This document shows positions 26,429 to 40,443 of a stretch of DNA of 64,000 nucleotides, piece after piece. Origin of the DNA: Amoeboaphelidium protococcarum X5 (taxonomy: Eukaryota; Fungi; Aphelidiomycota); NCBI GenBank assembly GCA_023515725.1, contig JALDTO010000246.1:427014-491013 (forward strand), given 5' to 3'. The notes under the pieces are model-generated. The model saw only the letters and a program-made list of their open reading frames with translations, did not search any database and was not told the DNA's origin. A program made the position numbers and the translations under genes. Each line of letters begins with the position of its first letter. The stretch's first letter is position 1.

Positions 26429-26460
26429 AAAATAAAGAGTTTAAAATTATATCTTGTGAC

Positions 26461-27247
26461 TCACTGCTTCTTTGCTTCTAGAACTTACGCTATAGTCTGA
26501 ACTATCGTCTCAACTTCAGCCATTGCTCCAACTCCTACACAGCTGTCAACAAAATATCATAAACAGTCAGTCTGAGCTTTCATTTACCTTGATCGCCACA
26601 CACTAAATTCTTTGAAATCGCTGGAATGACGGTGATAACGGGCTGCTTTTGGGAATTTGTAAGTTGAACTAGTTACTGTAAATGCTGAGCAGTGATTGGA
26701 TGTTGATACATGAAAGTGTTCATGGCTGGACACGCAATAATGGGCTTTTCACAGTCCCATGCTCGCAATATACACGTCTACATAAAGAGTAAATAGAAGT
26801 TATGATATGGTAAGCCATATAAATAATAAAAAGTAACAACTTACCAACAGATTATCGCACATCCCGTTGACAATCTTAGCCAAAGAATTCGCACTCAGAG
26901 GACTGATGACCATCAAATCTGCCCACTTTCTCAACTACACATCCTCCTAAAAGAGCTTTTAATTTAATTAATCATATAGTAAACGTAATCACGTTTCAAT
27001 GTAATACCTCGATATGTAGAACAGGATCTCCTCGTTTAGTCCATGAACTCCACTCATCTTAATCTGTGTAAAGTAAGACGTCTGAAGGTAGAGTATTTTT
27101 GTCAATGAAATGAAGGGCATTATGAGTGGAGACTACCCTTATACTTAAGCTATCAGATGGCTAAAGTTCCTGCTAAATCAATTCAATGAGTAATGGTAAC
27201 TTAATAGTTGCAACGCTACCAGTTACTCCAATCAAAATATTCACCAT
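26461..27247 (-). CDS. PPCDC: Phosphopantothenoylcysteine decarboxylase (HFCD flavoprotein), three introns
   Basis: NILIGVTGSVATIK, DEW..W..RGDPVLHIE|LRKWAD, PLSANSLAK..G.CDNLL|TC, PAMNTFM, LVCGD.G|G.GAMAE; GT-AG introns at the junctions. Confidence 0.9.
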
Positions 27248-27437
27248 TTTGAGACGCGTCGATCGGAACAAGTGGCTCTGTAGAACTGTCAAAACGATAA
27301 TAAGACTGTGAGATGAAATTTACTTAAAGGTGAGGATCGAAACATTAAAATTTATTATATTCTACTTCCAAACAGTTGAACATCATTCAAACATTCATAC
27401 TACATAAAAAGGCTTCAAGCTGATTCGATACTTTCAA

Positions 27438-28559
27438 TCAGTAAGTTGGGCCGCCGGTTGGCAGGGTAGCCTGGGTGCTGGAAGAGCTTGAGCTCTGAAC
27501 ACATTGGCATTGCTGAGGAGCTGGAACAGGGGCAGGAGCTCCATAGCCAGGCGCAGGTACGCTTGGAAGGGGAGTTTGATTGACAACAGTCGCAGCAGCG
27601 ACTTCTACTGTTGCGCTAGTGGTGGTAGTAACAGGGGGTAAAGTTTCCGGAGTCGGTCTCAATCTACACTTGGTAGCTGGACTTACCTCACCAGGGGGAC
27701 AAGATGGCAGTGGGCGCAAATTAATTTGCAATGGACCTTCAAAGGACTTCATATAGACAGGTCCGTAGACAACACCATTCAGACCCTAACCCGATGCCAG
27801 AGGAGCAACGACCGCGCCTCTAACAGCAATGCCGTAAATCTAGATGGTGGTGGCCTAGTAAAAGTTGAAAATCACATTAAAACCTGCCAAGGCCTCTTGA
27901 TCCATGTTAGCCATGACTGGAGACGTGCCAGCGATGTTTAATACGATAGTGGCACCCTATTTCAACCCAGATACGGAGGCGAAAGACTTCACAGCAGAGC
28001 CCAGATAAGACCCATCAGCAACGTTCATACACTCGACCATTCTCTGACCACCAAAAGTCAACTTCAAGTTTAACAACGCGTCCACTTCACGAGACACCAC
28101 AGTATCAGCCATCAGAGACAATTCTAAAGACATGGCTTTAACATCAGTCCATGCTGCATTGAAGTTAAAATGCTGAGGATTCTCTAACACCTAACAGCCA
28201 TTCTCCATGATCATGCCAGTTGCAATCTGAGAGGTGGAGTTGTCACCAACCACAATGTTTCCAAAGTAGTTACGACCATTCGGCCACTTCAACGAGCCAC
28301 CAGCTACAGTTACAGCATCACTGCACGTGCTGACATTCTGGAGCTTGTCACCGACACTGAAGCCAGCACCAAAATCAGCATTACCCTGCACAGCCAACTT
28401 ACCCTCAACATCGGAAGAGGCTTTCATGTCACCGAAAATGATTGCATTGTAGTCGGACACTGACGGCATCTTCACACACCCACGCTCAGTATCAAACAGC
28501 TTTGCATGGGACGCGACACACAACACACTCACAACAGCTGAAACAACAGAATACTTCAT
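27438..28559 (-). CDS. Secreted choice-of-anchor A domain protein with Pro/Thr-rich tail, ~373 aa
   Basis: Signal MKYSVVSAVVS; YNAIIFGD...SDVEGKLAVQG...FSVG; IVLNIAG; VIFNFYQA; GSLLAP-like GALVAP; one frame to TGA 27438. Confidence 0.7.
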
Positions 28560-28853
28560 GATTATTACAACGGTTAATATTATTGGATGTAATAAATTTA
28601 TTATCTCTAAAATTTGATCTTGAGAAGGAAGAAAGACGCTAACGTTGTTAACATCTGAGATCATCTGGAGGCGGATACTAAAATAAGATCACCTGTAATC
28701 AAAGTCTTGACTGGGATTTGGTCAGTATCGATATCCGCCAATCAACTCACTCTCTTGATAATCTGGTCATTTTTCGTACATCAAAGTACTCAAATTACAA
28801 CAATGGAACAAATTTATATATGTTAATATAGTATAATCATGAAATAATAGATT

Positions 28854-30866
28854 TCAATTTTGAAGCATCTGTGGAATTGAGGGGCTTTGCCATTTAACTG
28901 CAGTCTATTGTGTATATCTTGCCATTACGACCACCAACAACGCAATGCTTTCCATTCTGTTCCCAAGTGAGCTAATACAGGGCGGACTGATCTTCGGTGA
29001 CTTACATCGATTAGATTGGCTCCTACAAATACAAAGTATAAATGAATAATCCTGATTCATAATCAAAATTACCTCTTGACTGAATAATAGATTCCAAATA
29101 TCAAACTGACCAAATTCGTTAACAGTTGCAAACACAGATTGATTCTGCGGAGACCATCGAGCATCCTGTACTGCTCCTTGAGTACATTCCATTGAGAGTT
29201 TTGGCTCGTGAAGAATAGCATTCTACGCCTTAGCCTGAGATTGTGGCCTTTAAGATGGCAGTGAGTACAGATTAAGGGTCTAATCACTTGATGCCGCAAG
29301 TACAAGTTCACCAGGCGCAGTGTGAGGACTTTTGAATATATCGATACAGTTAAGTCGACCAAAGTGAGGTGTGAACGCCTCGCTATCCATAATACCAGCC
29401 TTCAAACCTGCCTAATCATAACGATTAATGAGCGCAATCTGTCCCTACTCAAATCCCGCGATAAAATGCGTATCATCACTAGCCAATAAATCAAAGGAAC
29501 TGACGGACATCAATGGTGCTCCTGATTTACTTGATTATAAGCGCAGACATTCTGTTGGCTTGTGGAGCATATCAACTTGCCATGAACAGAATACTCCATC
29601 CACAGATACTGAGTGAATCTATTGCAAATCAGATGCCGAGCCAGTAAGAAATAATCTACATATTCTATCAGCATGCCAGTTGGCACATACAGGACTCTGC
29701 AGGACTGCCTTCTAACCAGCACGATTATCCCAAATAACAACTTGTCCATTCGCAAGTCCACCAACCACTAAATTTGGATGTTTACTGATAAATTTGGCAC
29801 TACTTACTTCATAGTGCGCTGTAAAAGTGAACTCTGGCACATTGTTCAAGTGTTCATTCCACACAAGAACTAAACCAGACTTGTGATTATAATCTCTTGT
29901 GGATGATACTAGTTATGATGATGATACTTGCTATGAAGAATATAATGAATCACCTTGGATAGAATAAGATGCCAGTGAGAGTTCTTCAAAGTGTGGCGAT
30001 AGATCCACGTCCAAAATACTGCAAACACCCAGTTATAAAGATTAGTTATGCATTGCGGAGCGTACACGCGCTTTTCTCAACTTGGCTCCATTTAAAAGTA
30101 CATAATCTTCGTCATTTAATGCAGTATCTTGGCTGCCACCAGCACTACGCAGCGTATAGTCTTTAAAGAGATCAAAGTCATCACGCATAGCCTTCTCCAC
30201 AGTCTTGGTAGCATTAATGAGAAAATCTTAATAATTAGTACTACTTTACAATTATTTAAGCCGTTCACTCTCAAGGAACTTTATTTAACCTTATCTTGAT
30301 TCAGTTTACTCTTTACTGAGGGCACTTTGGACCTATTCATCAGCTACTACATAGTGATCTCGCGGAGATTCAGCATTTTCCAGAGGGGACTATGGAGGCG
30401 GTGATAGATCCTGCGTTGAAGTTTAAATCTCCTTCTCATACATCACCTTTGACTACAAGTATATTTTTAAATATAAGCCAAGTATAATTTATAGTGTCTA
30501 ACAGAGAAATCTTACCACTGGTTTAATCTCAAGAGAGTGAGACTATGATAGTTAAAATTAAGGCCCCGCATTAGCATGCATTGAGGTGGTCTTACTGCCA
30601 TCATTATCGTCCAACTACTCTTTACTGTCAGGCTTGACCGGAGATACATGCTGACTGACTAGCTGAGCTACAAGTTATTCCACCTATGCATTGGCATCCA
30701 AACTTGCAGCAGCGCCAACTAAGCCAGTAGATGCAGATTCTCCGCTTCTCTTTGGGCGAGGTGATTGCTACGCACTAGCCTACTTTCTCTCTTCTCTAGC
30801 CTTTTTAAGTTCCGCCAACTATTATCTCTTCCTCTCCAGTTCCTCCTTTCTTTTAATAGTGTCCAT
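28854..30866 (-). CDS. Cytoplasmic dynein intermediate chain (WD40), spliced
   Basis: MDTIKRKEELERKRQQLAELKKAREE N-terminal helix; YEKEIQT; LDVDLSP, GLVLVWN, VVGGLANGQVVIWD, DARWSP...FATV...FDIWNL; short introns near 30480, 29620 and 29050. Confidence 0.85.
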
Positions 30867-31113
30867 TGTTAAGAAAATTAATTTTAATTACGGTACGATG
30901 GGTATGCGAGTTGTAAACAGCGATCTGTACTTGGTAGAAGAAATCTATCGCCAAGAACTTCAGCGTAAGTCCCAAACGCGTTTCCTCTAATGAGCGATTA
31001 CCCTTTGACCGACTGTCAAAATGCTTAAGTTTACTCGGTTCGGATTTATATGAATGAATTCTACACAAGATGTTTAAAGCGAAAAGCAAAGTCAATGGAA
31101 ATAACAAATTAAC

Positions 31114-32340
<1,227 letters not shown>

Positions 32341-32484
32341 AAAATTATTGGTGTTTTAGATTTCGTCACTCCGATAGTGACTGAAAACAAAAAGAGGATC
32401 TTCGCTCGCTTAGCAAAGCTGCCGTTTGAGCGCGCTTGCTTATTTGAAGGGAGGAGAGAGAACTCAACAGTAACTTGATTATGA

Positions 32485-32498
32485 GTTGCCATGGAAAC
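32485..32498. promoter_or_regulatory. RFX X-box-like element GTTGCCATGGAAAC
   Basis: Fits GTTGCC-AT-GG(A/C)AAC; lies in the divergent promoter between ferrochelatase and the coiled-coil gene. Confidence 0.45.
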
Positions 32499-32599
32499 GT
32501 TTACTAAATAAGCTTTTTGCAGCTGACCAGAATATTTTTTTGTCGCAAGATAGTATCTTTCTTCAATATTCGTTTTGAAGCATCAAGTCTATTCATTCA

Positions 32600-34392
32600 A
32601 TGTCCATATTTGGGAAAGCAAAGGAACTTTATTAGCAATAGTAGCTAGCTTTGAGTCGTGCACTCAACAACAACAATCAAGGCCAAGAGCCCAAAGCTGT
32701 TTTGCAGCAGGCTACGAATAAACAGGAAATAGCTAAATCATCTACATCTCATGAAGATTAGCTTAATCATGAAATCGAGCAGTTGAAAATAGAATTAGAG
32801 TTTCTGAAGGAGTACAAAGAGTAGAATGTCGCTTTAAAAGCTCAACTCAGTCAATCGGTAGACAAGAGAGAATATGAGAAGTTGAAACAACAATTATAGC
32901 ACAAGCAAACACAGTAAAATGATATTGATGTGGCAGCAGTGTAAAATAATGTTGGAGATGGCAAGATATTTTCGGATGTCAGTATATAAACAGATGTGCT
33001 CATCGGTGCAATAGTTAAAGAAGTCGTTGAGCCCACTATTCATGATAATCGAATCGGCGAATCTGATGACAAAAGAGATCTAGTAATCACGCTTCAAGAG
33101 AAATTAGCTTAATTTTAGTAATAGCTGAATGCTTAAGATTTGCAGATTGAATAGAAGAATGCAGATATTGCCAAACTGAAAGTGGAGATGCATGATCAGA
33201 TTGAGTACATGGGTAAAGATTATCAGTCCAAATTGGCGTCAAGGGAGAAGGAGATCCTAGCTCAAGTTGAGAAGAAGCACGCGCAGTAAGGTGATGGGTT
33301 GCTAAAGAATTAAAAGATTAGCGAAGAGAAGGATAGAATGATTGTAAATTTGCAGATGAAATTGAATGAGAGTCAAGCGGATAATGAGTAGTCAAAGGTT
33401 AAATTGGCGCAGTCAATGGCTCAAGTTGATAGTTTGCAAGATTAGATTTCCGACAGCCTATATGTTTAGGAGAGTCTGAAGCAGAGCATCGTGTAATTGT
33501 AAGACACCTGTAACGAATACAAAGGATAGATCGAGCTGCTGAATGCCGAGTTGAACGTGTCCCGATAATCTCAAGATCGTCAGTCGAAATCGTTGATGGA
33601 AAAAATTGAAGCTTTGAAACAATTAAAGTTGCGCTTAGATGCTGAAAACTCATCAAATCAATAGCTTGCGCAATAGTACGATAGTCTGTAAGAAGATTAG
33701 AAAAAGATTTAGCAGTTTTTGTAAGAGTTGTAGTAGACGAAACTGGAGGGTGACGCGAAGATTAATGATCTCACAGCAGCCAATCATACGCTTTAAGAAA
33801 GTGTCAAATTATTGACAGGCGAGAGAGATTTGGTAACGTAGTAGCTCGAGTAAGTCAAGAGCAATATTGCGCTTCTGCAATAGGAGCTGGACAAAGCCAA
33901 AACAGTAAGCGAAAGCAAGATTTAAGATCTGACATCTCAGTTAACGGAAGCGAAAGCCAACGCATTTCCCAAAGATGCGACTAACATGGAGATTTGGCGT
34001 AAAAAGGACGCCGAGATTAAGCAATTGTCAGATAAGGTGAGCAAAATGGCAAAAGATTTAGATATCAAGTCAAAAATGGTAATTTAGTATGCGCTAAGGG
34101 AAAATGCATCAATGTTGACTCCGGCTCAGCTCAAGCGCGACGCGTCATTTTAGAGCCTATAGCAGATTGGAAAGTAGAAATCCTCGACTGAGTAACAGCT
34201 ACTCACAGAGATTAATGCGAAATTGCAATCGATCATAGCGGTAAGCGTCATTTTAAATGCAGATCTTTAATGATATTTCGTATGTAGGACATAACAACCA
34301 AAAATTTCGAGTTGGAGGAGGAGATAAAAGGCTTGAAGGACTTGATTCGCCGATAATCAGTAGTTGCCAGTAGTAACATGTCAAAATTTTGA
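32600..34392 (+). CDS. Long coiled-coil protein with CCDC186/GRIPAP1-like C-terminus (intron ~34241-34288)
   Basis: Q/E/K-rich heptads; C-terminal KSKMVIQYALRE...LLTEINAKLQSIIADITTKNFELEEEI resembles [22 protein letters not shown] of CCDC186. Confidence 0.6.
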
Positions 34393-35471
34393 ATGAATAG
34401 ATTTCTCACATTCTCCACTTCCATATTTAGTTATAAAAGCATATATATTATTATTATTATTATTATTCATCTAGCTTCATATTGAACGACTACACGTGTA
34501 AATTAATTATTGACGAATAATTATACGACCGGTCATTAAAAAGGATATTACTTTTAGCTGTCCTCTTCTTGTACAGAATTCGGTAGCCACACTCTTTACA
34601 TCTGATGGGATCTTTTGGTTTAAGCTCAGTGTCTTTCCCACAATTTCCGCAGATATAAAACACGGGCTGGATGGCCTATTGTTACTAAACTGTTCTAATT
34701 TGATCCATTTTCGATTTTTTGAAAATGGGAGAAACGCCGGCCATAATTTCGCTTGTCCTTTGAGTAATGCTACTGGTAGTCTTAGGTTGATGTTCTATTA
34801 CTGTATAGTGAATGGGGTCAATTTCTTAACTTGCGTACATTATTATTATTATTACTGGAAAATAATTCACACTGAAATTTATTAAATTTGTTCTTCTAAA
34901 TCGTGATTGTACACTTTTCTCTTTCCATTGTTGGCGTAAAGAGGCACCGATCAAGTGCGAATGATTCAACAGCTGAGATTGCAAAACTTATATTATATTA
35001 ATTAAGTATGGTTTCATTACGTACATATTACAGGCATATATCTTAATTAATAATTATTTATGACATTATTCAGTCTTGTACATACAATATGTCTCATTTC
35101 GACGCGTCATGTATATGTATGATTACCCAAAGACATATACCAATTCATGCCATGCAGCGTCTGATTTATGTAATACTTCTCATACATCCCGACATTTATG
35201 AGGGGCAGCCTGTCATACTTTCAAAATGGGGCAATTGGAACCTGAGAGATTTAGATCTTGGCGTGTTACATCTTAGGTGAACACAGCTAGATAGCTTAGG
35301 GATCTGGACCAATCGAGGGCTTGCCTTTGACGTACCACAGGTCGCACGAACAATCGATATATAATCTAGATCTATCCACCCAAACTTCTCTTCCTCTTTC
35401 TAATTAATCAATTATTATTCCACTCCTGTCTAGTAATATCTCGTGTTTGTAATAATATCATATCTTTTAAG

Positions 35472-36773
35472 ATGAAGTCTGGAATATTATCATTGGTTGC
35501 TGTTTTGCTGCTGCAAATGTCTGTTGAGCCAACCTTCTTCAAGAAGCACAAGTCCCCTTACGGTCATTAGCCTGCTCCAAGACCTGGCCCAGGCGCTCCT
35601 GGTACTCCCGGCACTCCATCTCCAGGCACCCCTGGTGCTCCTGGTACTCCTGGCGCTCCTGGTACACCAGGTGGTCCTTCTCCTGGCACTCCTGGCACTC
35701 CAGGATCACCTTCAACTGTGACTGTTACCGTTTATTAGTGTGATGCCACTCCGGGCACACCAGGCACTCCGGGTACTCCTCCATCTCCAGGCACCCCACC
35801 TTCTCCTGGCACTCCTGGCACTCCATCCCCAGGTACTCCAGGTACGCCTGGTACTCCTCCATCTCCAGGCACTCCAGGCACCCCAGGCACCCCACCTTCT
35901 CCTGGCACTCCTGGCACTCCATCCCCAGGTACTCCAGGTACGCCTGGTACTCCGGGTACTCCTCCATCTCCAGGCACCCCACCTTCTCCTGGCACTCCTG
36001 GCACTCCATCCCCAGGTACTCCAGGTACTCCTCCATCTCCGGGTACTCCTGGCACCCCAGGTACTCCACCTTCTCCTGGTACACCTGGCACTCCTGGTAC
36101 TCCTCCATCTCCTGGTACACCTGGCACTCCTGGTACTCCTCCATCACCTGGTACTCCTGGAACTCCGGGCACTCCACCTTCTCCTGGTACACCTGGAACT
36201 CCTCCATCTCCGGGTACTCCTGGCACCCCAGGTACGCCTGGCACTCCTCCGTCTCCTGGCACTCCAGGTACCCCAGCACCAAATACTTCCACTTAAGCTC
36301 CAGGTCCTACCTCTACCACTGCTGCCGGTCCTGCGTCTACCACCATGCCGTCCCAAGTACCTACTCATTCGCCTGTGACCCCAGGAACTCCTCCGTCTCC
36401 TGGCACTCCAGGTACCCCTGGTACACCGCCTTCTCCTGGTACACCTGGTACGCCTGGTACACCTCCATCTCCAGGCACTCCGGGCACTCCATCCCCAGGT
36501 ACTCCAGGTACTCCTCCATCTCCGGGTACTCCAGGTACTCCAGGTACTCCTCCATCTCCGGGTACTCCAGGTACTCCTCCATCACCTGGTACTCCTGGCC
36601 ATCCTGGTCCATCGCCGTACAGGCCGCCAGTCTCACCTTATAAGCCGCCGCCACCAAGATCGCCTTATTAGGGATTGGGCTCCTCCAACTCAACTACCAA
36701 TGCAGCTTCCACTTCCTCCTCAGTCGGTGGATACGTCTCCGTAGCAGCTCTGTTGTTATCCTCCCTAATCTGA
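35472..36773 (+). CDS. Secreted, probably GPI-anchored Gly-Thr-Pro / PSPGT repeat surface protein, ~433 aa
   Basis: Signal [20 protein letters not shown]; two blocks of GTPGTPPSP repeats; C-terminal small-residue stretch plus hydrophobic tail [18 protein letters not shown]. Confidence 0.8.
35590..36600 (+). repeat. Coding tandem repeat of 9-bp-based units (CCT GGT ACT variants), interrupted by Thr/Ala spacers
   Basis: Recurrent CC(A/T/G)GG(T/C)AC(T/A/C) and CCTCCATCTCCA units with third-position variation. Confidence 0.9.
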
Positions 36774-37296
36774 TCGATCCATCTCACTATCCATACGATA
36801 TGATTCGCTGATGAACAATAATGATTCTTTATTATTATCTCAGAATCTAAGCTTATCTTTTTCATTTTACACGTTATCTTTCCTTTTGGCTATTGTTGCC
36901 AACTACCTGTACGGCAAGTTACTCTCTCACTCACTCAGTGCGCGATCCTCTTTGCCTCGTTCGGGCAGCGAGCGACTTTGAGCCGGCCTCAAATTTTGTA
37001 CAGTTTGGACAATTGTAAAATTCCATTATACTCCATAATAACGGCGGAAGCCTTGTCATATTATTATAAATCTTATCATTCAAAAATGGATTCTTTTATG
37101 GGGGAATTCTAAAGTAAGCTGTGCCGCTTTATATGAAATTTAAAGTTCATTCAATCGCCAATATGTTAATAAGTATTTGTATCTGACTCTTTTAAAACAA
37201 ATAAAACGCTTGTTTTCTTTTGCACCGGTAGTGTTTTGCACCTTGCACCCGGAGAAACGCACCGAACTCGCTTTGTTACAATCTCGACCGTCTCGC

Positions 37297-39729
37297 ATGT
37301 CTGGCAGGAAGCGTTCTAGAGCAGTGTAGAGTGACTCGTAGCCATCTGGAGGTGGTATCACCACCTCCAACAGTAGTACTGGCATCCCAGCCGTTGATGA
37401 GTGTGCTGGTGTTGGCAGTAGTGTCGGCGTATCCGCCTCCTCAAGTTCTGGTCTGGCTGGGTGCGAGGCTGAAACAAGTGTTGTTAGCATGAATCAAACT
37501 GCTGATATCACTTCACAAAGTTCTGCTCAAGTCAGTGCTGCTTTCAATAGGTAGCTGGAGAATGAAGATGAAGATGACGACGACGATTACGACTCTGATG
37601 ATGGTCTGGATGATGAGCAGTTGGCGAAGAAGGTGAAGAGACGCAAGAAGTCGGAGAACAGCCATGTGTATCGCATTGAAGCGGCGTACAAGTATAAGCT
37701 GGATGAAGGCATTGGAGAGACGTTGAAGCTGCTGAGGTTGACTCGATCCGACGTATCTGTGCCACTCACTGGCGGTAGGCCTTTGGCTGTGAATAGTATG
37801 TAAGCCTACTAGAAGCATTACAGAGGATTGCGGTACTTTTTTGCGCTAATTGGTGACTACAGCTCGAGTTTAATGCTGCTTCCTAACCCCCCGCAGTACA
37901 CACCGTCAATGAACGCCAAGAGCATCATTTTGTTTATCAAGTTCAAGCGTAATGAGAAGGGTTCTTTGCTAAAAGACGAGAATGGCAACGCTGTGAAATG
38001 TGTCTATGGGCACGATATCAAGTGCTAGGGTGGTTGGAATATGCCACAGAATGTTGACCAGTTGTTATCGGCTGTCTCTGTGCTGCATGATAGTCGTAAT
38101 TAGAGGGGGGAGTACAGAGATATCTGCGAAGAGTGCATCCAACGTTCTGAGCGTGGTGATAGATCTGGCTGTCGGTTCCATCCGATGGCTCCTCGTATTT
38201 GGCTGGGTGGAGATCCAAAGAATTCTTCCCTCATGACTAACATGTAGAGATTGAACTCCCGCGATGGATGCAGCTACGTGTCCGAAGGCAGCTAGCCGCT
38301 CACACCTTGGGAATTACTACGTCTCCGCGAGTATTTCATCTCGAAAAATGATGCGAAGTCATTCATGATGTGGACGATGATTATCGTTAGTATCAAGCTA
38401 TTTCTGCGCAATGATGAAGTCACCGATTTGAAAATTCATGATCCTAGGCTGGAAAATTGTCTCAACAAGGATCTTGCGACCTTTCAAAGTGATGGCAGTA
38501 TATCTTCCCTTGCTTTCTACATTAAAGGCAAGTCTGATCGTGTTAGAGTGTGCTTGACTCTTTGGACGGATTATGATGTGCCCGAATTGTGCCCGGTTCG
38601 TGCGCTTTTGACGTGGATTTTTATTTCTGGGATTAGAACTGGATTCTTGTTCCCTCAAGAGAGTACACTGGATGCTGTGAAGCAAGTTGGGCATGCGGCG
38701 TACAACATCTCTTACGTATCTTATCATAGGCAGTATCAGAAAGCTTGTAAGATTGCTACCGGCAATCCCGATGGTAAATTTGGTACGCACACTAGTAGGA
38801 AGACTGGCTATTTGCTTGCTGTTTGGGGAATGGGATCAGAGATTGACATCACTAAGAGTGCGCGACACGCTTCGTCCGCTAATGCCGCATTGTATAAGAA
38901 GGATGCTAGCTATTTGCTAGAATTAGCGAAGACTAGACGTTTGGACGTGTCTTCCGTGGTAAGCAAATTCAGATCAGCCTACTGTGAGTAGCTATAGATG
39001 GCTCGCAGTCTGAATGCTGCCCATTCTAGAGGCAATTTTTGTCTGCAGCAGGTGAGTCAAGAGATTGTTCGTAGCTTATGTGGATTATCTGATGTTGATG
39101 CAGTTGGTGGACCTAGAGTGATTTACGATGCACTTCTCCAGTTGCAGAAGAAAGAGACTGTGCTGCAGCTTATTGAGGCAAAGTTGAAAGAAATTGCACC
39201 TAATGCCACTCCGGAGGAGATTAATGAGCTGCGTAGGATGCTTGAGCTTTATGCGAATGGATTGATTGCTGCCACTCAATCAGCTAAGTTGAAGTAGCCA
39301 AAATCTACTCTGACTTCTCAATAATCTTCTTCCAGATAGTTACGTGAACAAGCTGCGGTTCACTCTGATGATGAACTCTATGAATCCGATGAAGAAGACA
39401 CTGACGTAGCTGATGTTGTACCTGCCATCACAGCTGTTCAGTAGGATGAAGTTGTGAATGATATGCCTGGGAGAGAGAAAGTGAGAAAAGCGAAGACTGC
39501 CATGGCGAAGTTGGAGGCCATTCTTGCAGTGGATGATCCTGGCTCAACCGTCGGGTTATCAGCTGGCGCCAAATCATTCTACGTGAAGCAATACTGCCCG
39601 ATCATGAAATGTCTGAGAAAGCACTTTGGCGGTGATTTGGATAAGTTCATCGCACATTGGGGGAACTTCAAACCAACTAGCTTCAAGACAAACAATTGCT
39701 CTGGTACCATGGATGAGTGTAGTATTTGA
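37297..39729 (+). CDS. Tyrosine recombinase (Crypton-like transposase), intact, 810 aa
   Basis: One frame with TAR=Gln. Catalytic set R (LFLRNDE), K (IKGKSD), LCPVRAL, HxxR (THTSRKTG), H (SARH), Y (ALYKKD). Cys/His cluster CEEC...CRFH; acidic/basic N-terminus; C-terminal helical domain. Confidence 0.88.
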
Positions 39730-40009
39730 ACAAGACAGATAATATGGAGACTGAGATTGAAAGTGGATTTAATACAAAAAGTTTAATGCAAAATCATTGA
39801 GGATTTGTTTGAAACAACTGACTTGTCTGTTTTCTGCGAGATCACCGTCGCGCGCTCGATCGCTCGCGCATTCTTCCAACGTCAACCTTAACGGTTTCCG
39901 TTTTTGCACTTTGCACTTTTAACAATAAGAGCATTATATTCATCAGAATGCACGAACAGCAAGCAATGAATATCACTGAACCTAGATCTGCCGCGTATAG
40001 TTCGTTGCA

Positions 40010-40350
40010 GTAGACGTCAACGGTCCTTACCACCCGTTAGGGAGTGACAGATTTGAGCCTTTGCACCGCTCGGCCTTAGACGATTTTAACCAGTTCGTGA
40101 TCTGATTTAAAACTTTTCCTCTCAGACACTGGAAATCTTCGGCTCCACGATACAACGAAACATTCTCTAACGCCGGTTAGTCTCACAGCGACTAGTACAA
40201 ACAACTCACGAGAAGTTGATAGACGCTGAAAGCTGCTTGACCGGTTGGCCTCAAGAACCTCAAATCCCATGAAAGGTTGGATGAAATTGACTGATAAAGT
40301 AGAGATTATCTGACGTGTCGTGATCAAAAACCGCGATGATCTGTCAGATG
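40010..40350 (-). ncRNA. Candidate omegaRNA / structured RNA downstream of the second Fanzor
   Basis: Consecutive stems: ATCTGAC/GTCAGAT (40308-49) with inner GATCA/TGATC, AACCT/AGGTT (40256-78), CTTGA/TCAAG (40236-55), CAACT/AGTTG (40202-18), TAGTC/GACTA (40178-94), CTAAC/GTTAG (40167-80). Confidence 0.35.
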
Positions 40351-40443
40351 AAACATTTTACTCGAGAGCATTACATTAACGGGTGAAACTACTGAGAAAG
40401 AGAGAGAATACTGAAGTATTGAATGTAGTAAGTATCACTTATT

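Noticed and set aside
34447-34467. (ATT)n run and other short simple repeats such as (TA)n near 54786
   Set aside because: Ordinary intergenic microsatellites with no further structure.
35590-36600. Repeat array as CRISPR
   Set aside because: No unique spacers; codon-periodic variation; eukaryotic coding repeat.
35725-36693. Minus-strand and shifted-frame ORFs (GVPGVPG..., ECQEYQ..., LLALLVLL...)
   Set aside because: Shadows of the + strand Gly-Thr-Pro repeat gene, which has the signal peptide and GPI-like tail.
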